Source: an uncultured Clostridium sp. (GTDB taxonomy: Bacteria; Bacillota_I; Bacilli_A; RF39; UBA660). Taken from it: 64,000 nt of DNA. Positions 28,014-37,649 of the stretch are shown in pieces. The notes below the pieces were generated by a model that saw only the letters and a list, made by a program, of their open reading frames with translations, was not told the origin of the DNA and did no database searches. How positions within the stretch are numbered: the first letter of the stretch is position 1; each line of letters begins with the position of its first letter. The position numbers were made by a program, and so were the translations under genes. The stretch covers positions 21,857 through 85,856 of the forward strand of contig CAMNJQ010000059.1 in assembly GCA_946541575.1 (NCBI GenBank), read 5' to 3'.

Positions 28014-28874
28014 TTAACTCCTTTTTGCTATTCTATTTCCTTGTTTAACTTTAGTTTCAATATTGTTTTTAGAATTATTTAAAATATCTTTATCAATAGT
28101 TAAAACTCCATCTTTTACAATTATAACAATCGTAGATCCACCAAAAAGAAAATATCCTTTTTCTTCTCCCCTTTTAAAAGTTTTAACTTTATGATTAACA
28201 ATTCTACCAACCATCAAAGCCCCAACTTCCATTTGAATAATTTTTCCAAAGTTTTTTGTTTCAAGTTGTTCATATTCTCTTTGATTTTCTTCATAAACTT
28301 TAAAATGATCAAAAGCTACAGGCCCAACAGTATTATAAATTCCTTTAATTACTTTATTAGAAATAACTTTACCATCATCGATATATGAATACCTATGATA
28401 ATCATCTACAGAAAGCCTAAAAACAATAAAATAACCATTTTCATATTCTTCAGCTAATTTTTTATCTCTTAAAATTGATTCAACTGTATAAGTTTTATTT
28501 TTTATTATAAATTTACTATCTTTATCAATTTTATATACCATTACTTTAGAATCACTTGGAGAACAAAATATATTACTATCTTTAGAAAATACTCTTTTAT
28601 TATTCTTTATTTTTCTAGAAAAAAAACTATTAAAATTCTTATACTTCTCTTTTGGATATTCTTCCATATCAATATTATTATCTCTAATAAAACTATTAAT
28701 ATGTTTTGAAGAAATTTTCCTATTCATATACCATCCACCAATAGATGATACAAATCTTTTATTAACTAGTTTTAATATTATTCGTCCAAAAAGGTTTTTA
28801 TAAAGAAAATTAGCCCCTTTAGGACTTTTTTCTTCAACAATTATATTATTTTCTCTATCTATTACTTTTGTCAT
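28014..28874 (-). CDS. psd: phosphatidylserine decarboxylase proenzyme
   Basis: YHRYSYIDDG and the self-cleavage motif FLFGGSTIV. ATG at 28874 overlaps the pssA stop (TAATG). Confidence 0.85.
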   Translation of the reverse strand: MTKVIDRENNIIVEEKSPKGANFLYKNLFGRIILKLVNKRFVSSIGGWYMNRKISSKHINSFIRDNNIDMEEYPKEKYKNFNSFFSRKIKNNKRVFSKDSNIFCSPSDSKVMVYKIDKDSKFIIKNKTYTVESILRDKKLAEEYENGYFIVFRLSVDDYHRYSYIDDGKVISNKVIKGIYNTVGPVAFDHFKVYEENQREYEQLETKNFGKIIQMEVGALMVGRIVNHKVKTFKRGEEKGYFLFGGSTIVIIVKDGVLTIDKDILNNSKNNIETKVKQGNRIAKRS

Positions 28875-29485
28875 TATAATAAGCAAATCATTACAATTCC
28901 AATTACTGCTATTAAAGCAAAAATTGGATATGCAATTCCTCTTGGTTTAGGTACTTTAATATTTGAAACGAATAAAAATGCAGTAGTAATAGTAATAATT
29001 GCATAAAATATTTGACTAAAATCAAAACTAGCATAATTAGTAATTAACCATACAATTGGATATATTATAGCAGTAGATGTTACAGGTAAACCACTATAAA
29101 ACTTAACAGGGCCTTTATCTTTTTTATTAATAACTAAAACGTTGAAAAAGCATAATCTTTGAATTCCAGCCATTGCCAATAATACATAAGTGATAACGTT
29201 ATACCATTCATTGAATCCTAATGCCAACCCAAAAATAATTGGAAAACATACAAAATCAACAGTATCAGCAAGAGAGTCTAACTGAATTCCAAACATCTCT
29301 TCATCCTTATCTCTTTTACACATTCTTGCAAACTTACCATCTAGCATATCACACACACCAGCAATTATAAGGCAAACCATTGAATCTTTAAAATGAGCAA
29401 TTGATGCAAAATACATTCCTACTATTGCAAAAATAACACCAACATAACTAATAATTAATGACTTATTATACTTACCTATAAACAT
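28874..29485 (-). CDS. pssA: CDP-diacylglycerol--serine O-phosphatidyltransferase
   Basis: CDP-alcohol phosphatidyltransferase motif DMLDGKFARMCKRDKDEEMFGIQLDSLAD. Start set at MFIGKYNK (29485) after AGAAGAGG. Confidence 0.85.
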   Translation of the reverse strand: MFIGKYNKSLIISYVGVIFAIVGMYFASIAHFKDSMVCLIIAGVCDMLDGKFARMCKRDKDEEMFGIQLDSLADTVDFVCFPIIFGLALGFNEWYNVITYVLLAMAGIQRLCFFNVLVINKKDKGPVKFYSGLPVTSTAIIYPIVWLITNYASFDFSQIFYAIITITTAFLFVSNIKVPKPRGIAYPIFALIAVIGIVMICLL

Positions 29486-29538
29486 AAAAAACCTCTTCTT
29501 AAAACTATATAAAAACATTATAGCACATTTTTCTAAAA

Positions 29539-29567
29539 TTGACAAAAAAAAGAAAATATGTTAAAAT
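29539..29567 (+). promoter_or_regulatory. sigma-A type promoter for the plus-strand gene pair
   Basis: TTGACA (29539-29544), a 17-nt spacer ending in TGT, then TAAAAT (29562-29567). Confidence 0.6.
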
Positions 29568-29596
29568 ATGCGCTTGTTTAAAGGGGTTTGGTTATT

Positions 29597-30595
29597 ATGA
29601 CATTAGATGCAGAGGAAATTATTAATTATTATAAAGATAAATATGGCTATGTTACAGATATAGATAGTATAATTGAATTTTTTAAGCAAGACAAAACAAT
29701 TACAAATAAAGAAAAATCAGAAATATTACTAAGTATTTTAAGATGGAACTTAAAAATTGATAAAGAAAATAAAGAAAAATTAAAAGGATTCAAGAAAAAA
29801 GAAGAAAGACAAGAAACAAAAGAAATAAATAATCCAACTCTAGAAATAGATAAAAAAGAATCTGAATTTTTTGAAGCTTCTTCATATATTCATTCTATAA
29901 AAGAATGTGATGATGATGATTTTATTACAGAAATACTACCAACCATATATGATAACAACTATGAAAGTATAATTGGATCAATATTATTATATTTTTTAAG
30001 GGAATTATCTCTTGCTAATGACATGTTAGCAATAGAAACAAACGAAGAAGATCAATTATATCTTAAAAATGTTATCAAAAGAAATAAAGAAATAATTAAC
30101 ATTATAAAAAAATATAATAATGAAGAAGAAAATGAAACTACATTAAATACTACGCAAGAACATAATAAATTAATATTCTTAAGAAAAAAGAACTCTTCAT
30201 TATATATTAAAGATGATTTAGATAATACAGCAACAGAAGAAGATTTACTACCAATATTAAATGACATAATAACAGGAAATTTCACAAAAGAAAAAAGATT
30301 TCATAACAATGACGATTTAAAAGGGCTTTCAGCAATAAGAAGAAGAGATTCAAGAATTATTTTTGTAAGACTTAATAATAATATAATTTTAATTCTAGGA
30401 ATACTAGTAAAAAGATTTCAAAATCCACAAACATATAGAGATATGTTAAAAGCAAGAAACAAAGAATTTAAATTACAAAAAGACATTTTAAAAGAAAATA
30501 TAAATAATGAAGAATTTCTAAATTGTAATAAAGAAATACAAGAAGAAATAATTAAAGAATTAAATTCTAGGAAAAAAATACTTAAGGAGGCTTAA
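29597..30595 (+). CDS. hypothetical protein with embedded RelE/ParE/Gp49-like toxin-fold segment
   Basis: ATG at 29597 after AAAGGGG. Residues encoded at ~30161-30472 (LIFLRKK...LLPILNDI...LKGLSAIRRRDSRIIFVRLNNNIILILGILVKR...) resemble the Gp49/HigB-type pattern L.G..ElR....yRi.y......ivil.gf.KK. Confidence 0.45.
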   Translation: MTLDAEEIINYYKDKYGYVTDIDSIIEFFKQDKTITNKEKSEILLSILRWNLKIDKENKEKLKGFKKKEERQETKEINNPTLEIDKKESEFFEASSYIHSIKECDDDDFITEILPTIYDNNYESIIGSILLYFLRELSLANDMLAIETNEEDQLYLKNVIKRNKEIINIIKKYNNEEENETTLNTTQEHNKLIFLRKKNSSLYIKDDLDNTATEEDLLPILNDIITGNFTKEKRFHNNDDLKGLSAIRRRDSRIIFVRLNNNIILILGILVKRFQNPQTYRDMLKARNKEFKLQKDILKENINNEEFLNCNKEIQEEIIKELNSRKKILKEA

Positions 30596-32647
30596 ATGGA
30601 AAGATTAAAAAAATACATAGAACACTTCTATGATAAGAAAAAAATACCAACCGAGTTAAGTAGTGATGAAATTGAAGAATTAGAGTTTTTAAATGACTTT
30701 GTTAAAACAATAGATTTAAAAAATATATATACTATTTTAAATTGTAACAAAAGAAATTTTGTAATATCTGCAATCATTTCAAATAAAAATCATGAACCGA
30801 TTTCTTTATTAAAAGACAAAATAAATAGGTTGGATAATTCATTTTTCACATGTACTGATTACAATGAAATATATGAATTATATAATTCTATAATTATTTT
30901 TATAGAAAAGAATGAGTTTCAATTAATTGAAAATATTTCACCATTTGTAGAAAACAATGATCAAGATTTTAATAAAGAAATTGAAGAAAAAAATTTATTG
31001 AATGATGTAAATAAACTAAAAGAACAACTAAAAAAATATACAAAAAATGAAGAGCAAAGAAAAAACTTAATAGATTTATTTCTTAACTATAGTTATGAAT
31101 TAACTTTTTCATTAGTAGCAACTTCTGTAATAAATGAAGCAGCAACATCTTCAAATAGTAATCTACTTAGTCAAAAAAATATTTCATCCCCTATTCAGAA
31201 TAATAAACTAAACTATTTATCAATAAATAACAATGATAGTAATATAGATCTAACAGATAAAAATTGTTTAAGAAGAGTAAATGATTTAATAATGAATGCT
31301 GCACATTTTAAAGATTTATTTATATCAATGCAAAATAGAATAAAAGAAATAGAAAATTTGCCAATTACAAGAGAAAAAGAAAACAGCAAAATAACAAAGA
31401 AGAAAGAAAGAATATTAGCATATTTAGATTCATTTGATTTAAATAAACCAATAGATTTATCAAACTCATTTTTAGAATTAATTGATAATCAAAAATTAAA
31501 ATATTTCATAATTGGAAAAATAATAAGACTAAATTTAGAGCATCAAAAGAATACAATAATTGAACTAGACAAAGAAAAAGAATTATCAAAAATAGAACTA
31601 CTATTTAAAAATAGTAAATTCTCATTTGAGAAATTACTAAAAGAACAAGTTGAAAATTTAATAAAATATGGAAACATAGATAGCATTGAAAAAATATTGA
31701 CAATATTAACTGATTCAGATATTAAATTTAATGATAATTTTCCAATATATGATATTCTTCTATTATCAAATCAATCAAATGTTGCAAATATAATAAAACT
31801 ATATAATGTAAACTTAATAAACGAAGAATTTATAATTAAAAATCCAAATATATTTGTTGACACAATAAGCGAAGATTTAAAGAAAATAACTTCTATAAAT
31901 GAACCAAAATATAACGAATTAAATAATAATATAACTCAGTTAAAAGAAATTAAAATAAATATAAATGAAATTTCAAAAAAAGATAGTAAAATTCTTTTAA
32001 TGAATAATAAAGAATTAGAAACAGCTATTACATTAATTAAAAATTATCATTTAGACTATTCGACAAGTAATAACTTTGAATTAATAAGTAACATTAAAAA
32101 CATAGAAATTGCTGATAAATTCATTGAACTAGGATTAGGAGATTATTTAATAACTCACCCATATTTAATTGCAAAAAGAGCAAATAATAGATTAAAGCGT
32201 ATGCAATTATGTAAAATGTTAGAAATACCATTAATGCAAGATGGAAAAATAAATTCTAAAATAACAAGCCAAGAATTTAGAATTGGAAAAAACTATATAA
32301 ATGATGATGACATTGAATCTTTTATATCAAATTCTACACCAAGATATCAAAATCTTGATTGTCTAAAAATTTTAGTAGAAAATTATGATTATAATTACGA
32401 ATTAGAAGAAATTAAAGAGTTAGAAAAATATAAAACTAATGATTTAGAATATAACATTAATGGAATAATAATTTCAAGAAATAAAGTATTAAGAAACTAT
32501 AGCATATTATCCAAAAATATCACTATTTCAAATGACGTATTACTATTCAATTCAATTATTTATGGAAGTGTATTGGATGATGAGCAATTAGATATGTTAA
32601 GCAACTTAATAATAAATAAACAAAAAGAAAAACTGATAAATAGATAG
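30596..32647 (+). CDS. hypothetical 683-aa helical (repeat-like) protein, translationally coupled to the upstream gene
   Basis: AAGGAGG RBS. The ATG abuts the upstream TAA (TAAATG). K/N/E/I-rich protein with no catalytic motif recognised. Confidence 0.5.
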   Translation: MERLKKYIEHFYDKKKIPTELSSDEIEELEFLNDFVKTIDLKNIYTILNCNKRNFVISAIISNKNHEPISLLKDKINRLDNSFFTCTDYNEIYELYNSIIIFIEKNEFQLIENISPFVENNDQDFNKEIEEKNLLNDVNKLKEQLKKYTKNEEQRKNLIDLFLNYSYELTFSLVATSVINEAATSSNSNLLSQKNISSPIQNNKLNYLSINNNDSNIDLTDKNCLRRVNDLIMNAAHFKDLFISMQNRIKEIENLPITREKENSKITKKKERILAYLDSFDLNKPIDLSNSFLELIDNQKLKYFIIGKIIRLNLEHQKNTIIELDKEKELSKIELLFKNSKFSFEKLLKEQVENLIKYGNIDSIEKILTILTDSDIKFNDNFPIYDILLLSNQSNVANIIKLYNVNLINEEFIIKNPNIFVDTISEDLKKITSINEPKYNELNNNITQLKEIKININEISKKDSKILLMNNKELETAITLIKNYHLDYSTSNNFELISNIKNIEIADKFIELGLGDYLITHPYLIAKRANNRLKRMQLCKMLEIPLMQDGKINSKITSQEFRIGKNYINDDDIESFISNSTPRYQNLDCLKILVENYDYNYELEEIKELEKYKTNDLEYNINGIIISRNKVLRNYSILSKNITISNDVLLFNSIIYGSVLDDEQLDMLSNLIINKQKEKLINR

Positions 32648-32664
32648 TTATCAGTTTTTTATAT

Positions 32665-34992
32665 TTATTTTAACATCTCTTTAAAATCTTTATTATGTGA
32701 ACCAATATAATCAAATAATAAATAATAAACTTTCCACAAAATAACACCTAACATTACTAATGCAAAGCACAATATATACATTCCAAGATCAAGATTTGCA
32801 AGTGTAAAAAATGGTTTAAAGAATAATAATTCAGTTAAGAAAATACTACACATTGAAATCATTAAAATTTTTCTAATAGTATTAAAAGGTCTACATAATT
32901 TAAATTGATAAATAAGCATAATAATAGTAGTTATAATAACTGTTATTGTAGAACTTTCAGTCGGAGTTAATCCAGCATCCTTAGTTAATAATAAGAAAAT
33001 AAATATTGTTGAGAATACAGCTAAAGCAGTAGGAAGTGCATTAGCAATTATCTTAACTAAAAAGTTACCTTTTACTCTATCCTTATTAGGTTCCATTGCC
33101 AAAACAAGAGATGGAGCACCTATAGTAATAAGATTCATTAAGCTTAAATGAATTGGATGAAATGGATAATGGAAAGCTGTAAATAAAACCATTAATACAA
33201 TCAAAATTGTATAAATTGTCTTTGTTAAAAACAAAGAAGCACTTCTACCAATATTATTAATACATCTTCGTCCTTCCTCAACAACTTTAGGCATTGCATC
33301 AAAATTAGAATTCATTAATACTAATTGACTTACATTTCTTGCTGCATCACTACCAGAAGCCATAGCAATACTACAATCAGCTTCTTTAAGAGCTAAAACA
33401 TCATTAACACCATCACCAGTCATTGCAACAGTATGTCCAAGACTTTTTATAAGTAAAATAAGTTCTTTCTTTTGATCAGGTTTTACTCTTCCAAAAATAG
33501 TATTGTTAAGATATGCATCTTTTAACTCTTTTTTAGTCTTTATAGTACTTAAATCACAATACTTATCATAATTGTCCATACCTACTCTTTTTGCAATTTG
33601 AGATACTGTAATTGGGTTGTCGCCAGAAATAATTTTAATCTCTACACCCTGTTCTTTAAAATATGCCAAAGTATCTTTTGCTTCTTTACGAATTTTATCT
33701 TGAATAAGTATCAAAGAAACTGGAGAAATTTTACCATCTTCTTCAATTGCAAGTAATAAAGTTCTATAATCTTTTGAATAATCACTATAATCACTATTTT
33801 TTATAATAAATTCAGGTGCTCCTAAATAATAAGATATACCATCTTCTAACTCAACCTTTGAATATTTTTTATCTGACGAAAAAGGTATTATTTTTTTAGT
33901 TTTTAAAGGTTTCCCACTCTTCGTTTCAAATTTATCTCTAACAGCATTCATTGTTGGAGATACATCTTCAATTGTATGACATAATCTATCAAGTAACTTT
34001 TTTACTTCATCTTGTGAATATTTAACATTAGGAATAAAATCAACTACTTCCATTACTCCTTCTGTAATTGTTCCAGTTTTATCAAGACAAAGTACATCAA
34101 CTCTTGCAAGAGTTTCAATGCAATACAATTCTTGTACCAATACATTATATTTACTAAGTCTTATTATTGATACTGCCAAAACAGTACTAGTAAGAAGAAT
34201 TAATCCATCAGGTATCATTCCGATTAAAGCAGCAGTAGTATTTAAAACTGCTAAATTAAAATCACTATTTGCAAAATAATACTGATTAATAAATAATAAG
34301 ATTCCAACTGGAACAATTGTAAATGAAATATATTTAATAATCTTATTTAATGAAATCATCAAAACAGAATTTAACTTTTTAATATATTTAGCATCTTTAC
34401 TAATTATTGAAGTATAATTATCATCCTTAACATGCTCTACTCTTGCAAATATTTTACCACCAGTAATAAAACTACCTGACAATACCATATCTCCATTTTT
34501 CTTTTCTATTGGAGTAGATTCACCAGTAATAAAAGATTCATTTACTAAACATGTCCCATCTAAAACAATACAATCAGCTACAACTTGAGATCCTGCTCTT
34601 AATAAAACAACATCATCTAAAACAATCTCTTCTCTTGATATCTCTTTACAACTTCCATCACGAATTACTTCAACTTTAGCTTGGCTTATTAGTGATAATC
34701 TATCAACTATCTTTTTAGCCCTAATTTCTTGTACAGTACTAATAATAATATTAAAAATAACAGTACCAATAAACAACATATTTTTATAGGCACCTACAAG
34801 AGCAATAGCTAAAGCAAGTCCAAAATTCAAAAAATTAAATAAAGTGAAAAAATTATCTCTAACTATTCTTTTAATAGTTTTTGTAGGAACAGAAACATCT
34901 GTATAATTTAAGTTTTCTTTCATTCTCTCTTCTACTTCTTGAGAGCTCAATCCATTCTCTATACTTGGAAAAAATCTTTTCATCTTATACAC
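32665..34992 (-). CDS. cation-transporting P-type ATPase (HAD-IC)
   Basis: TGES actuator motif (FITGESTPIEK), CLDKTGTITEG phosphorylation site, MTGDGVNDVLALKEADCSIAM hinge, multiple TM helices. Confidence 0.9.
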   Translation of the reverse strand: MYKMKRFFPSIENGLSSQEVEERMKENLNYTDVSVPTKTIKRIVRDNFFTLFNFLNFGLALAIALVGAYKNMLFIGTVIFNIIISTVQEIRAKKIVDRLSLISQAKVEVIRDGSCKEISREEIVLDDVVLLRAGSQVVADCIVLDGTCLVNESFITGESTPIEKKNGDMVLSGSFITGGKIFARVEHVKDDNYTSIISKDAKYIKKLNSVLMISLNKIIKYISFTIVPVGILLFINQYYFANSDFNLAVLNTTAALIGMIPDGLILLTSTVLAVSIIRLSKYNVLVQELYCIETLARVDVLCLDKTGTITEGVMEVVDFIPNVKYSQDEVKKLLDRLCHTIEDVSPTMNAVRDKFETKSGKPLKTKKIIPFSSDKKYSKVELEDGISYYLGAPEFIIKNSDYSDYSKDYRTLLLAIEEDGKISPVSLILIQDKIRKEAKDTLAYFKEQGVEIKIISGDNPITVSQIAKRVGMDNYDKYCDLSTIKTKKELKDAYLNNTIFGRVKPDQKKELILLIKSLGHTVAMTGDGVNDVLALKEADCSIAMASGSDAARNVSQLVLMNSNFDAMPKVVEEGRRCINNIGRSASLFLTKTIYTILIVLMVLFTAFHYPFHPIHLSLMNLITIGAPSLVLAMEPNKDRVKGNFLVKIIANALPTALAVFSTIFIFLLLTKDAGLTPTESSTITVIITTIIMLIYQFKLCRPFNTIRKILMISMCSIFLTELLFFKPFFTLANLDLGMYILCFALVMLGVILWKVYYLLFDYIGSHNKDFKEMLK

Positions 34993-35062
34993 CTTCTATA
35001 CAACATCAAATATTATAACAAAAATAAACAATTAAAAAAAGAAAAGCTTTTAAATTTTACAA

Positions 35063-35299
35063 CTATTTTCCCTTTTTATTTTTTAAAATGTCCAATTTAT
35101 GTTTAATAAAATCAAGTCTTTTTCTTCTTTCTTCATCATCAATCATATATAAGTCATCTTTATAAACTAAAATATCTTTTTCTTTAACAACAGGAAGCAA
35201 TAATAATTCTACAAGTTTTAATTCCTTAGTATCAATATTTTCTAAAATAGCAAATTTCCCTTCAATTCTATCAACAGCATACTTCTCTAGCTTTTCCAT
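35063..35299 (-). CDS. DUF3006-like small protein
   Basis: MEKLEKYAVDRIEGKFAILENIDTKE resembles the DUF3006 N-terminus. The start abuts the stop of the MBL gene. Confidence 0.55.
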   Translation of the reverse strand: MEKLEKYAVDRIEGKFAILENIDTKELKLVELLLLPVVKEKDILVYKDDLYMIDDEERRKRLDFIKHKLDILKNKKGK

Positions 35300-35300
35300 A

Positions 35301-36233
35301 CTAACCTCCATCAGTATCAGTGCTAATACTTTTAAAATTAATTTCTTCTCCATTAGATGTAGCAACAATAGTACCCATAATACTTGTATTAAATATTTCA
35401 GAATTAATTCTTTTCAATTTATTAATTACAACATCATGAGGATGACCATAATCATTATTTTCACCACAAGATATTATAGCATATTTAGGCTTAACTTTAT
35501 TTAAAAAATAAGCACTTGAACTATATTTTGAACCATGATGCCCAACTTTTAATACAGTACTACTTATGTCGCTATTTAATATTTGCTTCTCTACATTACT
35601 AGAAGCATCTCCTGTAAATAAAAAAGAAACATTCCCATATGTTAATTTAATAACTATTGATGTATCATTTAAATCTTCTTTATCAGAACCTACATATATA
35701 ATTTTAACCTCTGAGTTACCAAGCCTCAATTTAGTACCTACCTTTGGAGTTTTAAATGCAATATTCTTTTTATCTAATGCATCCAACACTTCATAAAAAG
35801 TTTGAGTAGAAGTTATACAATCAGGCATATAAAAATTACTTACTTTAAAATTATTAATTATATCATCCATGCCACCAATATGATCTTCATGAGCATGAGT
35901 ACCTACTAAATATTTAAACTCACTAATACCTAATGTTTTAAAATAATTAACTAATTTTACACCATCATTATTGTTTCCAGCATCTATTAGCATATACTCA
36001 TCTTGAGACTTAATCAAAATACTATCAGCTTGTCCAACATCTAAAAAGAAAACCATTAAATCATCAGTTAATATAATTGACTCATTATCATTAATAATAT
36101 TAACATTTTCAACATTAACAAAAATTGCATCTTTTAATTTTTGAAAAAATTTATCATCAACAAAATAAGACAAAGCAAATATAATAAAAATTAAAAAGAT
36201 TCTTACAATATATTTTTTTGTTTTCTTCTTCAT
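35301..36233 (-). CDS. membrane-anchored/secreted MBL-fold hydrolase, ComEC C-terminal-domain paralog
   Basis: TM anchor. VGQADSILI, GTHAHEDHIGG, FTGDAS, LKVGHHGSKYSSS and NDYGHPH match the ComEC-type metallo-beta-lactamase domain. Confidence 0.8.
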   Translation of the reverse strand: MKKKTKKYIVRIFLIFIIFALSYFVDDKFFQKLKDAIFVNVENVNIINDNESIILTDDLMVFFLDVGQADSILIKSQDEYMLIDAGNNNDGVKLVNYFKTLGISEFKYLVGTHAHEDHIGGMDDIINNFKVSNFYMPDCITSTQTFYEVLDALDKKNIAFKTPKVGTKLRLGNSEVKIIYVGSDKEDLNDTSIVIKLTYGNVSFLFTGDASSNVEKQILNSDISSTVLKVGHHGSKYSSSAYFLNKVKPKYAIISCGENNDYGHPHDVVINKLKRINSEIFNTSIMGTIVATSNGEEINFKSISTDTDGG

Positions 36234-36293
36234 ATCCTATCCTCTACAATAAATATTAACAAAAAAATATATTTATGTCTATAAAGAAAAAGA

Positions 36294-37430
36294 CTATTCA
36301 CTAGTCTCTTTTTTCTCAATTACATCTTTCTTGTATTTATTTTTTATTGTACTAATATTTTTAGTATGACTCAAAGATTCATATACAAGTGGTGTTTTTT
36401 TATTAATCAAATTAATAAATGATTTAAAATATATTATTATTAAAGCAATATACATAATAATTAAAATAATATTTCCAAATAATCCTAGTTTCATAACAGA
36501 ATTATTAAATGTTAAATTAAATATTTCAAAAAATATAACATACTTAACTAAATATCTAAGTAATATCTGATATACTTTAGCTTTCTTATCATCAAAACTT
36601 ACTATCCTAATACCAACAATCATTTTCCCAATAGTTCTTCCATTAAAAATAATTGTAAAAATAATATAATATAATAAAAAGAAAAGCATTAATATAGAAA
36701 TATCTAAAGAACTTCTTGGTAAAATACCAGAAAAGACAACTACAGAAACAATAATAAAATCAATCAAAAATGAAATAAATCTTCTAGGATAAGAAACCTT
36801 TTCACCCCTATTATATGCTTTCTCATCTAATTGTTCTCTTGATGGTAAAATTTTACTTATTAAAGGTGTAAGCATATATCCAAGTAAGCCTCCAGTAGTA
36901 TTAACAATTAAATCATCGACATCAAATAATCGATATGGTCTTGGATATATTCCAAATAAACAGCTAATCTGCGTAACCTCAAAAAATAAGCTAAGCATAA
37001 AGCTCAAAACAATTACTTCCCACCATTTTCTATTAAAATAATATCTTAGGTATACTCCAAATGGTAAAGTTAATAAAAAATTAAAAAGAAGAGTATAAAC
37101 AGCAGGACTTTTTAATGTAGCTATATAAGTAGAAATATCTAAAATATTAAAGTTAGTACTAGAAATAATATCTTTAATACCCTTAAACGGCACTAATTGA
37201 GTCCATGGGCCAGTCATTTTTGCAACATATTCAATTTTAGGCAATGGAAGAATAACCATAAACCAAGCAATTAATAAATATAATATAAAAGAATAGATAA
37301 TAAAAGTTCTTAAAAAAGGAATAGATCCAAACTTATGATATTGCTTTATCATATAAGGTAACGTAAATAACAAAGCAATAATTGGAAATAAAATCAAGCC
37401 TACTTTTATTGGAACTGCATAAACACTCAT
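36294..37430 (-). CDS. VanZ-like / RDD-domain fusion membrane protein
   Basis: N-terminal multi-TM region with the DVDDLIVNTTGGLLGY VanZ signature. C-terminal RRFISFLIDFII...GRTIGKMIVGIRIV is RDD-like. Confidence 0.65.
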   Translation of the reverse strand: MSVYAVPIKVGLILFPIIALLFTLPYMIKQYHKFGSIPFLRTFIIYSFILYLLIAWFMVILPLPKIEYVAKMTGPWTQLVPFKGIKDIISSTNFNILDISTYIATLKSPAVYTLLFNFLLTLPFGVYLRYYFNRKWWEVIVLSFMLSLFFEVTQISCLFGIYPRPYRLFDVDDLIVNTTGGLLGYMLTPLISKILPSREQLDEKAYNRGEKVSYPRRFISFLIDFIIVSVVVFSGILPRSSLDISILMLFFLLYYIIFTIIFNGRTIGKMIVGIRIVSFDDKKAKVYQILLRYLVKYVIFFEIFNLTFNNSVMKLGLFGNIILIIMYIALIIIYFKSFINLINKKTPLVYESLSHTKNISTIKNKYKKDVIEKKETSE

Positions 37431-37541
37431 AAATAACCTCTTACAATATCAAACAAAATATATCAAAAAAGAAAAATAAAGTAAATAACAATTTAAAAAT
37501 AACTATTCATAATAAACTAGTTATGATATAATTACTTTGTT

Positions 37542-37617
37542 GTTCTCGTAGCTCAGCAGGATAGAGCAATCCCCTCCTAAGGGATAGATGTGGGTTCGAG
37601 TCCTACCGGGGACACCA
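37542..37617 (+). tRNA. tRNA-Arg, anticodon CCU
   Basis: Folded by hand. Acceptor GTTCTCG/CGGGGAC, D arm GCTC-AGCAGGATA-GAGC, anticodon arm ATCCC-CTCCTAA-GGGAT (CCT at positions 34-36), T arm with GGTTCGAGTCC, encoded CCA. TGATATAAT promoter sits just upstream. Confidence 0.9.
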
Positions 37618-37649
37618 TTATAAAAACAATCTACTTTTCAGTAGATTTT

